Shown one piece after another: positions 49,974 through 58,631 of a stretch of 64,000 bases of DNA. The stretch comes from an uncultured delta proteobacterium (GTDB lineage: Bacteria > Myxococcota > Kuafuiibacteriia > Kuafuiibacteriales > Kuafuiibacteriaceae). Each line of letters starts with the position of its first letter. Positions within the stretch are counted from its first letter, which is position 1. The DNA lies in contig CAWDML010000009.1 in NCBI GenBank assembly GCA_963803435.1, forward strand, positions 800,001 to 864,000, in the 5' to 3' direction. Position numbers and translations under genes: made by a program. Under the pieces are notes generated by a model. That model was not told where the DNA came from. It did no database searches and saw only the letters and a program-made list of their open reading frames with translations.

Positions 49974-50103
49974 GCGGCGACGGTAGCCGATCGTCGCCGC
50001 GGGGGGACACGACGCGGGGCGGCGAGGCACCGGATGGCGTCATGCCGATCACGCGGTGACGACGACCCTTGGATGGCGGCGACGGACACGGTACCAATCT
50101 CAG

Positions 50104-50514
50104 GTGGGCCGGCGTCGCGCGCGGTTGTTCCTGCTCCTGGCGCTGGCGACGGCGGGCTGCGCCGGAGGCAGCGACGACGCGTGCCTCACCGACCTGAACC
50201 CCGACTGCGCGGTGCTCTATCCGCCGACCTTCGAGAGGGTGTTCGGCCAAACGCTCGAGCCGACCTGCGGAATGGGTGGTCCGTCGTGCCACGCCCCTGA
50301 GGGGCACCAGGCCGGCCTGATCTTCGCCGATATCGACGAGGCGCACAGGCTCCTCCTGGACGGCCGCGTCGAGCCCGGCAACCCGGCGTGCAGCCTGGTG
50401 ATGCGCCGCCTCGACTCCACCGACGTGAGCTACCAGATGCCGCCCGGCCGCAGGCTCTCCGCCGAGGAGCGATGCTCGATCCAGAAGTGGATCGAGGACG
50501 GAGCGATGCCTTGA
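50104..50514 (+). CDS. Small cytochrome c-like lipoprotein (planctomycete-type domain)
   Basis: Lipobox TAGC; CGMGGPSCH; V.PG.P..S, MPP...L...E...I..WI..GA. Confidence 0.8.
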   Translation: MGRRRARLFLLLALATAGCAGGSDDACLTDLNPDCAVLYPPTFERVFGQTLEPTCGMGGPSCHAPEGHQAGLIFADIDEAHRLLLDGRVEPGNPACSLVMRRLDSTDVSYQMPPGRRLSAEERCSIQKWIEDGAMP

Positions 50515-50533
50515 GATCGGTCCCCGGACCGCG

Positions 50534-50986
50534 TCACGGATGGCGCGAGAGGCTGCGCGCGAGCTGAGTCAGCCGCGCGAAGTCGCCCGGATCGACGACC
50601 CGGCGCACGCGACCTCTCAATGTGCCACGCGCAGCGATGACCACGGCGAGGGTCGCCCGGTCACCCTCATGGAGAAGGTCGAAGAGCCCCACGCGATCGC
50701 CGTCCTCGAGGGCCCCGAACGATCGCGTCACGATCCACTCCGGCATCGAGCTCACCAGCGAGACCGAGAGCAGGCGCTCGTCGCTGGCCGACGCTCCGTG
50801 CAGCCAGTCGGTGAGCAAGCGCGCGCGGTCCGGATCCCAGCCGACGCGATGACCGAGCCACTCGAACCCGTCCGTCACGGTCTCGGCCAGCCGGGGCTCG
50901 CCTTCGATGAGCGCCGCCATGAACGCGCGGAGAGGGTCGAGCGCGCAGTCTTCGAGCGCGTCGATCCGGATCGAGAGGAGGCTCAT
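50534..50986 (-). CDS. Hypothetical protein
   Basis: ATGA-coupled to upstream gene; protein-like composition. Confidence 0.65.
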   Translation of the reverse strand: MSLLSIRIDALEDCALDPLRAFMAALIEGEPRLAETVTDGFEWLGHRVGWDPDRARLLTDWLHGASASDERLLSVSLVSSMPEWIVTRSFGALEDGDRVGLFDLLHEGDRATLAVVIAARGTLRGRVRRVVDPGDFARLTQLARSLSRHP

Positions 50987-51609
50987 GAGAGCTTGCTGGC
51001 GAGCGACTCGAACGGCTGCGTGAATCGCTCGGCGCCGGGACGGATGCCGGGCAGCAGGCGCGCGAGCTCACCCTCGGACGCGGTCATGAGGAATGCGCGC
51101 AAGAGCTGGGTCGAGGCTGCGACGGGGCTGTTGAGGTCGCGCTCGAGGTGGATGACGTCGGCGCGAAGCGCTTTGATCCCGCCGAACGTCACCAGGCCGG
51201 TCTGGCGGGGATCGAGGAGCTGGAGGGCGAGGTCAGCCTCGGCGAGGCTCTCCGGGCTCCGTGCTGCGATCTGCGCGCGAAGCTGCTTCGCGTCGATCGG
51301 AGTGCGGTCGAAGGTGGCGTCGATCTCGATCCGCCCGCTGCCCAGCCAGGAAGTGAGCAACCCCTCGAGGAGCTTGGCGGCGGCCGCCGCGCCTTCGCAC
51401 AGGAGGCCTTCCTCGCGGACACCGGCGATCGTCAGCTCACCTGCGTCGAACACCACGTTGAAGGCGACGCGGCGCAGCTGGTCGGCGACGTCCCCGGTGA
51501 CACCGAGCGCAGCGGCGCGCGTCTCGATCTCCGCCCGGTTCTCGCCGAGGGCGCGCTCGAAGCTCTCCAGCGAGAGGCGGCTGACCTGGGACGGATCGAT
51601 GCGAGCCAT
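50983..51609 (-). CDS. Hypothetical protein
   Basis: AGGGAA RBS-like site and sigma-28-like promoter upstream. Confidence 0.75.
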   Translation of the reverse strand: MARIDPSQVSRLSLESFERALGENRAEIETRAAALGVTGDVADQLRRVAFNVVFDAGELTIAGVREEGLLCEGAAAAAKLLEGLLTSWLGSGRIEIDATFDRTPIDAKQLRAQIAARSPESLAEADLALQLLDPRQTGLVTFGGIKALRADVIHLERDLNSPVAASTQLLRAFLMTASEGELARLLPGIRPGAERFTQPFESLASKLS

Positions 51610-51621
51610 GGTTCCCTGTGG

Positions 51622-51648
51622 TTATCGGGTTTTCAGGCGGCGAGTTGC
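51622..51648 (-). promoter_or_regulatory. Sigma-28 (FliA/WhiG)-like promoter
   Basis: GCAA-N15-CCCGATAA versus canonical TAAA-N15-GCCGATAA. Confidence 0.55.
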
Positions 51649-51652
51649 GTGC

Positions 51653-52420
51653 TCAACGCTTCGGCTTCTTTCGCCCGCGAATGACCTTTCCGGAGGCCAC
51701 CAGCTCCCGCAGCGCGCGCTCCATCTCCTGGCCGAAGATCAAGCGGAGGGCCTCCTGGCTGGTGGGGCGAAGGGCCCGGAAGGCGGCCTCGAGATCGTTC
51801 GCCTCGGCGTGCTCGAAGAAGTACGTGGTGAGATCACGCGCCGCCCGCGCGGCGTGCTTCCGGATGATCTGGGCGCTCTTGGCGGCCGTCTCCAGATCAA
51901 CGCCGGCGGCCTCGAGGCGGATGGCGATCTGCAGCAAACCCGGGCTGGGGATCAGGAGCGCGTCGGCCTCGCGCCGGACCAGCTTCAGGCGGAGGAGCTC
52001 GGCGAGCACGCCGGGGCGGCGGCCGCCGATGCGATCGTAGAGCTGCTGCTCGTCCACCACCTGCGGGCTGTCGTCGACCCAGGGCGCACCGAGCTGGGCC
52101 TCGAGCCCGAGCCACTCGTTCAGGTCGAGCTCCCCCTTGTCGATCTTCTGGAGCAGGTCGCAGATCGCCTTCATCTGGAGGCCGCGATCCTGGAGGTCGG
52201 CGACCAGCGCCAGGCGTTCCAGGTGCGAGGGGTCGTAGTACGCCACGCGTCCCCGGATCTGAGGCTTCGGGAGCGCACCCGCGGACTGATAGAAGCGGAT
52301 CGTTCGGCTCGGAACCCGGCTGGCGGCCGCGAGCTCGTCGATCGTGTACTCCTTGCCCACTTCGGGTTTCGTCATCGCGTCGGCCGGCGAGCCTAGCGCA
52401 CTCTCGGTCGACGTGCTCAC
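51653..52420 (-). CDS. MerR-family transcriptional regulator
   Basis: YTIDELA....V..RTIRFYQ..G.LP.P...GR...Y...HL.RL; GTG overlaps the desaturase stop (alternative ATG 52375). Confidence 0.92.
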   Translation of the reverse strand: MSTSTESALGSPADAMTKPEVGKEYTIDELAAASRVPSRTIRFYQSAGALPKPQIRGRVAYYDPSHLERLALVADLQDRGLQMKAICDLLQKIDKGELDLNEWLGLEAQLGAPWVDDSPQVVDEQQLYDRIGGRRPGVLAELLRLKLVRREADALLIPSPGLLQIAIRLEAAGVDLETAAKSAQIIRKHAARAARDLTTYFFEHAEANDLEAAFRALRPTSQEALRLIFGQEMERALRELVASGKVIRGRKKPKR

Positions 52421-53526
52421 GCCGCGGTCCTCAGGGCGCGGGGAACGCTGAGCGCGGCGACCCGCTCGAGCGCACGCCGGAGCGTCTTGGGCCAGGAGCT
52501 CGTCCGATAGGGTACGCCGTGCTCCTCGCAGACGGCGCGTACCTCGGTTGCGATCTCGCGGAGGCGCTGCGGCGGCAGTTTGGGGAAGAGGTGGTGTTCG
52601 ATCTGGCGATCGAGCCCGCCGCAGAGGACCGAGATCGGCCAGCTGACCTCGAAGTCGTTGCTGGCTTCGACCTGCATCGCGTACCACTCGCCGCGACTGT
52701 GGGCCCGCGTGCCCTCCTCGTAGGCGGAGACGTCCGCGCCGACGTGGCCGCAGTAGATGGTGGCGGCGAGGTAGATGTCGCGCATGACCTCGGCGAGCCA
52801 GTTGCCGAGAAGGACCTTCCCGAAGAAGGGCCCGGCGAGGGTCGGAAACAGGAGGTAGTTCTTCAGGTAGTACGGGACGTACTTTCTCAGCGCCCGTCGG
52901 TGGGCCTCCACGATGCTTCGCACCGAGCGATCGTCGAGGAAGTCGAGCTGGTCCGGTCGTCCGTTTCCGAAGTACACGTCGATGAGCCCGGTGAAGTGGG
53001 CGTTCATCACGAACGTGAAGTTCGGAAAGATGGTCGCCAGCGAGAACGGGAGCTGGAAGTAGTGGACCGCCCGATGAGGCGTCTCGTCGGTGAGGCGGAC
53101 CTGGCCGAAGTGGATGTCCGGGTCGCGACCGGCCACGTTCGTGTACTGGTGGTGACGAACGTTGTGGCCTTGGCGCCAGGAGGGCTCGTCGATCGGGATG
53201 TCCCAGCGGAAGGTCTTCGACTGGAAGTCCTCCGCGTGCTCGAGCCCGTCGTAGGTGCCGTGAAGCACGGTGTGGCCGATCTCGGCGGCCTGGAGCTGTT
53301 TGTGGATCCAGAGGGCGCCCACGCCGGCCGAGAAGCTGACCGGCTCGAGGCTGAAGTGGATCAGGAGTCGCCCGACCACCTCCATCGTCCGGGAGAAGTT
53401 GTTGATCCTGCGGACGTAATCCACGTCGTCCGACCCGACCTCCGACTCGACGCGGGTCCGGATCCGGTCGAGCGCCTCCCCGAATCGGCGGAGGTCGATG
53501 GTATCGTGTGCACTGGAGCATTGCAT
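52417..53526 (-). CDS. Membrane acyl-CoA/fatty acid desaturase (DesA3-like)
   Basis: His boxes GHTVLHG, HNVRHH.YTN, QIEHHLFP. Confidence 0.95.
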   Translation of the reverse strand: MQCSSAHDTIDLRRFGEALDRIRTRVESEVGSDDVDYVRRINNFSRTMEVVGRLLIHFSLEPVSFSAGVGALWIHKQLQAAEIGHTVLHGTYDGLEHAEDFQSKTFRWDIPIDEPSWRQGHNVRHHQYTNVAGRDPDIHFGQVRLTDETPHRAVHYFQLPFSLATIFPNFTFVMNAHFTGLIDVYFGNGRPDQLDFLDDRSVRSIVEAHRRALRKYVPYYLKNYLLFPTLAGPFFGKVLLGNWLAEVMRDIYLAATIYCGHVGADVSAYEEGTRAHSRGEWYAMQVEASNDFEVSWPISVLCGGLDRQIEHHLFPKLPPQRLREIATEVRAVCEEHGVPYRTSSWPKTLRRALERVAALSVPRALRTAA

Positions 53527-53545
53527 GATGAGCCACCAATAACCG

Positions 53546-53564
53546 TAACAGTAAGCGCTGTCAA
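53546..53564 (-). promoter_or_regulatory. -35 TTGACA overlapped by an inverted repeat (candidate MerR operator)
   Basis: Minus strand TTGACAG-cgctta-CTGTTA directly upstream of desaturase-merR. Confidence 0.6.
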
Positions 53565-53612
53565 CAATGCTCGGAGACACAGCCTTGCACAGGCCGCCGG
53601 GACGGTGGTCCA

Positions 53613-54503
53613 ATGCGGAAGCGGTCGATGGAGGGGAACCGACCCAGTGCGCGCACGCTCCTCTTGCGCGCGCGCGACCTCCTGCTGGAGTCACCGGCCT
53701 GGCTCGACTACATCCGCGCGGTCTACGGCGTCGATCCGGGCGACCACCCGTTCCTCAGCTACGTCGGGCTCAACTTCACGAGAGAGACGATCAAGAACTT
53801 CAAGTTCTACTTCTCGTTCTTCCGCCGACTCTCGGAGGGAGAGGTCGAGGCGTTGCTTCCGGTCCCCGATCGGGGTCGATTCGACGAGCTCTACGCCCGC
53901 TGGCACCCGAGCCGCAGGTACGAGGCGATCCATCGGGGCACGACCTTCGCCGTCAAGGTCGACGCAGACGGGACGCTCACTCACTACTATCACCTCCGGC
54001 TGGCCGGCCTTCCGTTCGGCCCTCCCGAGCGTCTCACGCTCGCGGCCGGCGATCGCGACAACTACCACGGTGCCTGCGAGGAGTTCACGGGCGACCGCGT
54101 GCAGCTCAAGCGCTACTACTATTGTCGAGACCCGGGGACGATCGCCGAGTCGCTCGCGCGGGCCGGGCTCACCGGCGTCGCCGATCAGGTCCCCCGGATC
54201 GAATGGCTCGAGTACATCGAGTCGGACGGACGGGACAAGACGGCGTGGATCACCGGGAGCCCGCTCGTCATCCAGGCGCTGATCGATCAGCACGGTCCTG
54301 CGCGGCTCGGTCCGGGGCTGTCGAAGATCTGCTACGACTGCAGCTTCGAGCTGTTCGGGCCGGGCTCGGCGCGCGACGGATCCGATCACTCGATCTACTT
54401 CATTCAGCCGATCGGTCCGCTCAGCAGGGGCGGATATGTCTTCGACGGCGTGCATCGCTTCGCGACGCATCACCTGAAGCTGGCGCGCTTCCCGTCGCGA
54501 TAG
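53613..54503 (+). CDS. Hypothetical protein, candidate ABBA-fold (PT-barrel) prenyltransferase
   Basis: Five spaced beta-hairpin-like segments ending FKFYF, THYYHL, LKRYYY, KTAWI, HSIYF; ~296 aa. Fold is inferred. Confidence 0.6.
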   Translation: MRKRSMEGNRPSARTLLLRARDLLLESPAWLDYIRAVYGVDPGDHPFLSYVGLNFTRETIKNFKFYFSFFRRLSEGEVEALLPVPDRGRFDELYARWHPSRRYEAIHRGTTFAVKVDADGTLTHYYHLRLAGLPFGPPERLTLAAGDRDNYHGACEEFTGDRVQLKRYYYCRDPGTIAESLARAGLTGVADQVPRIEWLEYIESDGRDKTAWITGSPLVIQALIDQHGPARLGPGLSKICYDCSFELFGPGSARDGSDHSIYFIQPIGPLSRGGYVFDGVHRFATHHLKLARFPSR

Positions 54504-54535
54504 CGGCGGTGTGCGCCAGATGTTAGATCGCGGCC

Positions 54536-56089
54536 GTGCGTCCGCCGTTCGACATCGGTCCGCGGCGGACGCTGGCGCGGATCGCGCTGTATGCGTTCTT
54601 GATCTCTCCCGCACTCATCCCGGTCGTCTGTCCGTATCCGCCGTTTCAGGACTGGGCGGCCCACGCCGGCCTCATCGGCCTGCTGGCGCGGGCGGGCGAC
54701 CCGGCCACCCGGATCGCGGGGAGCTTCGAGTACGTCGGTGCCCTCAAGCTGAACTGCCTCATCTATCTCACCGGCGCGGCCGCCGCGAAGGTGGTGTCGC
54801 CGTTCGTGGCGGCGAACCTGGTCCTGGGGCTCTCGCTCGGGTCGCTGGGACCCGCCGTGGCCGGGCTCTGTCGCGTCCTCCGCGCCGACGAGCGGGCCGC
54901 CGTCCTGGCCGTTCCGATCGCGATCGGGCGACACGTCTACTGCGGTTTCATCACCGACGCGGCTGCGCTCACGCTGTTCGTGGTGGTGTTCGCGCTGGCG
55001 CTGCGCGTCTTGCGGCGCCCGTCGCGTTGGCCGTGGGGCGCGGCCCTGGTGGTGACGAGCGTGCTCTCGAGCCTCGCGCACGGCTTCATCCATCTGGCGG
55101 CGGCGGGCCTGCTCGCCGTGCTGATCGCACGGTACGCGATGGACCCGCGCCGCCGGAAGCGAACGGTCTGGCCGGCCCTGGCGCTCCTGATCTCGCTGGG
55201 GGTGTTCGCGCTGCTCTACGCGCAGGGCACCGGATACTACGGCGAGCGCACCTCGACCACGGCGCTCGAGGCGATCGTCACGGCGATCGGGGCGCCGCGA
55301 TCGGAGCAGGAGACGTTCTGGCGCTGGCTCTTTGCCTTCCGCCCCCGGAGCCGCCTCGACGACGGGCTTCAGGTTGCGTGGTGCCTGGTGGTGATCGTCT
55401 GGCTGGTGCGCTCGTGGGCACGACGGCGGCGGCGCATCGCGGTCTCGCCCGCCGCCGACGTCGCGCTCTTGGTCCTCGTGACCTGGGTGACGTACCTGAT
55501 CCTGCCGACGTACATCGGCGCGCCGCTCCATTGGTGGGCGGCGGATCTCCGGCTGCCTCCCATCATCGTGTTGTTGCCACTCGCGTTGCTCCGACCGCGA
55601 CCGCGCTGGCCGGGCGCAGCGCTCGCGGCCGCCGCGCTGGTGGTCTCGTTCGCGGTGCTGGCGGACTGCCTGGTGGAGCTGCGGCGCTGGGATCGCGAGG
55701 AGATGGACGGCTTCTCGGAGGTCGTCGACAGCGTCCCCCAGGGGCGGCTGATCTCCACGCTCATCCCCCACCTCGACAGCGACTATCCGGGTGAGCCCGA
55801 GTTCTACTTCACGAACTACTACCTGCTCCGGCGCGGGGGGCCGGTCCCGGGCACGTTCACCGATCGGGCGGATTGGCCGTACCGCAGGCGGTCCAACGTT
55901 CCCGAGCACGGGTGGGGTCACCTGCACTCGTTCCGGCCGTCCGAGCACGTCCCCCTGTACGACGGCTTCATCGTCCGTTTCCAGCGCACGCCGGTCCTGC
56001 CCGGGCCGTTCGGCGCCCTGGCCGGCACGCTCCGGGTCGTCACCACCCGCGGGCACTGGGCCTACGTCGAGCGCGCAGGCCACCGCTGA
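54536..56089 (+). CDS. Polytopic membrane protein, GT-C glycosyltransferase-like
   Basis: About 11 TM helices, first-loop PFQDWAAH, soluble C-terminal domain. Confidence 0.75.
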   Translation: MRPPFDIGPRRTLARIALYAFLISPALIPVVCPYPPFQDWAAHAGLIGLLARAGDPATRIAGSFEYVGALKLNCLIYLTGAAAAKVVSPFVAANLVLGLSLGSLGPAVAGLCRVLRADERAAVLAVPIAIGRHVYCGFITDAAALTLFVVVFALALRVLRRPSRWPWGAALVVTSVLSSLAHGFIHLAAAGLLAVLIARYAMDPRRRKRTVWPALALLISLGVFALLYAQGTGYYGERTSTTALEAIVTAIGAPRSEQETFWRWLFAFRPRSRLDDGLQVAWCLVVIVWLVRSWARRRRRIAVSPAADVALLVLVTWVTYLILPTYIGAPLHWWAADLRLPPIIVLLPLALLRPRPRWPGAALAAAALVVSFAVLADCLVELRRWDREEMDGFSEVVDSVPQGRLISTLIPHLDSDYPGEPEFYFTNYYLLRRGGPVPGTFTDRADWPYRRRSNVPEHGWGHLHSFRPSEHVPLYDGFIVRFQRTPVLPGPFGALAGTLRVVTTRGHWAYVERAGHR

Positions 56090-56152
56090 GCAGCGCAACG
56101 AAACGCTACGTCCTTCGTGGACTCGATCGGCCGGCTCCCGTGTCTCACTGCC

Positions 56153-56578
56153 ATGCAGGTTGAGAAGAGCCAGGGCTGGTACACCCGCTTCACGCCCGGT
56201 CCGCCCAACATCGTCCTGGTAGGTGAAAGTGACCTAATTCGGGACATCATCGCCGGCGGGCTGCGGGACGCCGAGTACGAGGTCGCCGTCGCCAGCATCG
56301 ACGAGGTCGAGGCCGAGCTCCCGCTCCCGGGCACCGCCGGGGGTCTGCCGTCGATCGACCTCCTGGTCGTCGAGGCGACCGGCGCGCCGCGGGAGGCCCT
56401 CGCCTTGATCGAGGAGGTCCGCGCGATCGACACGGAGATCCCCATCGTGGTGCTGGCCAGCGAGGCCGTCTACTTCGACCTTTGGCCCCATACCGCAGAC
56501 CTCGGCGTGCTCGCCTGCTTCACCTTGCCCGTCGACCTGCGCGCGTTCGTGGCGATCATGGGCGAGCTCGTCCCCTGA
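56153..56578 (+). CDS. Degenerate stand-alone receiver-like protein
   Basis: REC topology, but DLLVVE at the phospho-Asp position and TLP instead of xKP. Start 56117 or 56153. Confidence 0.65.
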   Translation: MQVEKSQGWYTRFTPGPPNIVLVGESDLIRDIIAGGLRDAEYEVAVASIDEVEAELPLPGTAGGLPSIDLLVVEATGAPREALALIEEVRAIDTEIPIVVLASEAVYFDLWPHTADLGVLACFTLPVDLRAFVAIMGELVP

Positions 56579-56629
56579 CCCGGGTCGGCAACACTTCGTA
56601 GCAATCAAATCGATGGGACACGTGTTGGA

Positions 56630-57331
56630 GTGTCGCAAGTGGGCGCCGTCGACATTCTCATCGTGGAGGATGACGAGAAGCTGGCGGGTTTGCTCCTCGA
56701 GTTTCTCACTCAGGAGCGCTTTCATTGCGCGGCTTGCAGCCGCGGGGATGAGGCCATCGAGCGCATCGCCGCGGACAACCCGAAGGTGGTGCTGCTCGAC
56801 GTGATGCTTCCGGGGATCGACGGCATGGAGGTCTGTCGCCGGGTCCGCGGCGTGTTCGGGGGGGCCATCTTGATGCTGACGGCGCGAAAGAGCGACTCGG
56901 ACGAGATCCTCGGCCTCGATCTGGGCGCGGACGACTACGTGACGAAGCCGGTGTACCCGCGGACGCTGCTGGCGCGGATCAAGAACCTGCTTCGTCGCAC
57001 CAGCGAGACGGCGTCGCCCGACCTCGGCTTCGAGCGGACGGTCGGCGATCTCTACCTTCACTGGCGGACGAAGGAGGCCCGCGTGGGGAGCGAGGTCGTG
57101 TCGCTGACTCCGACCGAGTTCCTGATCCTCTGGATGCTCGCCGATCATCCCGGTGAAGTGGTCACGCGCGACGCGCTCTATCGGCGCGCCCTCAACGTCG
57201 AGTACGACGGGCTTGATCGGGGCATCGACATCCACATCTCGCGCATCCGACACAAGCTCGAGTCGAGCGGATTGAGCGCCTCCGTGATCCGATCGATCCG
57301 CGGATCCGGATACGTCCTGGCGATCGGGTGA
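56630..57331 (+). CDS. OmpR-family response regulator
   Basis: IVEDD, LDVMLPG, GADDYVTKP, LT.TEF, D.HISR.R.K, IRG.GY. Confidence 0.96.
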   Translation: MSQVGAVDILIVEDDEKLAGLLLEFLTQERFHCAACSRGDEAIERIAADNPKVVLLDVMLPGIDGMEVCRRVRGVFGGAILMLTARKSDSDEILGLDLGADDYVTKPVYPRTLLARIKNLLRRTSETASPDLGFERTVGDLYLHWRTKEARVGSEVVSLTPTEFLILWMLADHPGEVVTRDALYRRALNVEYDGLDRGIDIHISRIRHKLESSGLSASVIRSIRGSGYVLAIG

Positions 57332-58631
57332 TGCGCAGCCTGTATCTCAAGATCGCGCTGATCGTGCTGGTGGCCTTCGTGCTGAGCTTCGTGATCGTGC
57401 GGCTGGGCCTCCCGCACCTGGGCCCGCCCCGGATGAAGATGAGGAACGGTCTGGGCTGGGTGGCTGCCGAGCTCGAGCGCGCGACCCCGAGCGAGCGCCC
57501 GGCGCTGCTCGCCCGGGCGCGGAACAGCTTCGGGGTCGGGCTGACGCTCGAGAGCCGGGCGGCGCTGGCGAAGAGGGCGTCGCTCCCCGCCGCCGGTCCC
57601 GGGATGTTTACAGCGCCCAGGGGGACGTTCGTCTTCGCGCCGCTCGACGGCGGCGCGCAGTACCTGGTCGCCGGTCCGATGCCGGGCGCGCAGCCGCCGC
57701 GCGAGGGCGCCCGCCTGGTCCTGCTGCTCTCGCTGTTCCTCTGGCTTTCGCTGCTCTCGGCGCTCCTGATCGCGCTCCCGATCACCCGCCGACTCCGGCG
57801 CCTCCAGCGGGCCACGCAGGCGTTGAGCCGAGGCAACCTCGACGTGCGCGTCGACGAGAGCTCGGCCGACGTGGTGGGCGAGCTGGCGGCGAGCTTCAAC
57901 GCGATGGCGGCGCGCCTCGAGGATCTCTTCCGCCAGCGCGAGCAGCTGCTGCAGGCGGTCTCACACGAGATCGGGACGCCGCTGGCGCGGATCCGTTTTC
58001 ACCTCGAGGCGCTCGAAGGGACGCTGCTCGATCGGGCGGGCCGCGAGCGGCTGCGGGCCCTCGATCAAGAGGTGACGGAGATCGATCAGCTGTCGGCCGA
58101 GCTCTCCAGCTGGATCGACGCGGACGGCCGTGAGCCATCGATCGGAGCGGTGCCGCTGGCGGAGGTGGTCCAGACGCTCGTCGAGCAGGAGCGGGCCCTC
58201 GCCGGCGAGGCGAAGACGATCGACCTGAGCCTGGAGGGAGACGACGCGCTCGCGGTCAGCGCGGATCGCCGCCAGCTGGAGCGTGCGCTCAGCAACCTCA
58301 TCCGCAACGCCGCCCGGCACGCGCGCCGGGCCGTGGTGGTGTCGGCGAGCCGGGAGGGATCGATGATCCGCCTGGAGGTTCGCGACGACGGGCCGGGCAT
58401 TCCGCCGTCGGAGCGACGCCGCGTGTTCGAACCGTTCAGTCGACTCGACTCGAGCCGCTCCCGGCGGGGCGGAGGGATGGGCCTGGGCCTCGCGATCACC
58501 GAGCGCATCCTCCGTGGGCACGGCGCGTCGGTGGTGATCGAGGAGGCGTTCGAGGGGGAGCGGCCTTCGTCGTGCGCTGGCCCGCCAGCGGCGTCGCGCT
58601 CGACGCGCCTAGCGACCGATGGAGTCGATGA
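57328..58631 (+). CDS. HAMP sensor histidine kinase; apparent 1-base deletion in G-run 58554-58558 (uncorrected ORF ends 58746)
   Basis: 2 TM, HAMP, SHEIGTP, NL..NA, DDGPG, GLGLAI. Adding one G restores GGAAFVVRWP and a stop at 58631. Confidence 0.9.

Noticed and set aside
51150-51230. EF-hand in the 208-aa orphan (LLDPRQTGLVTFGG)
   Set aside because: Lacks the acidic ligands at loop positions 3 and 12.
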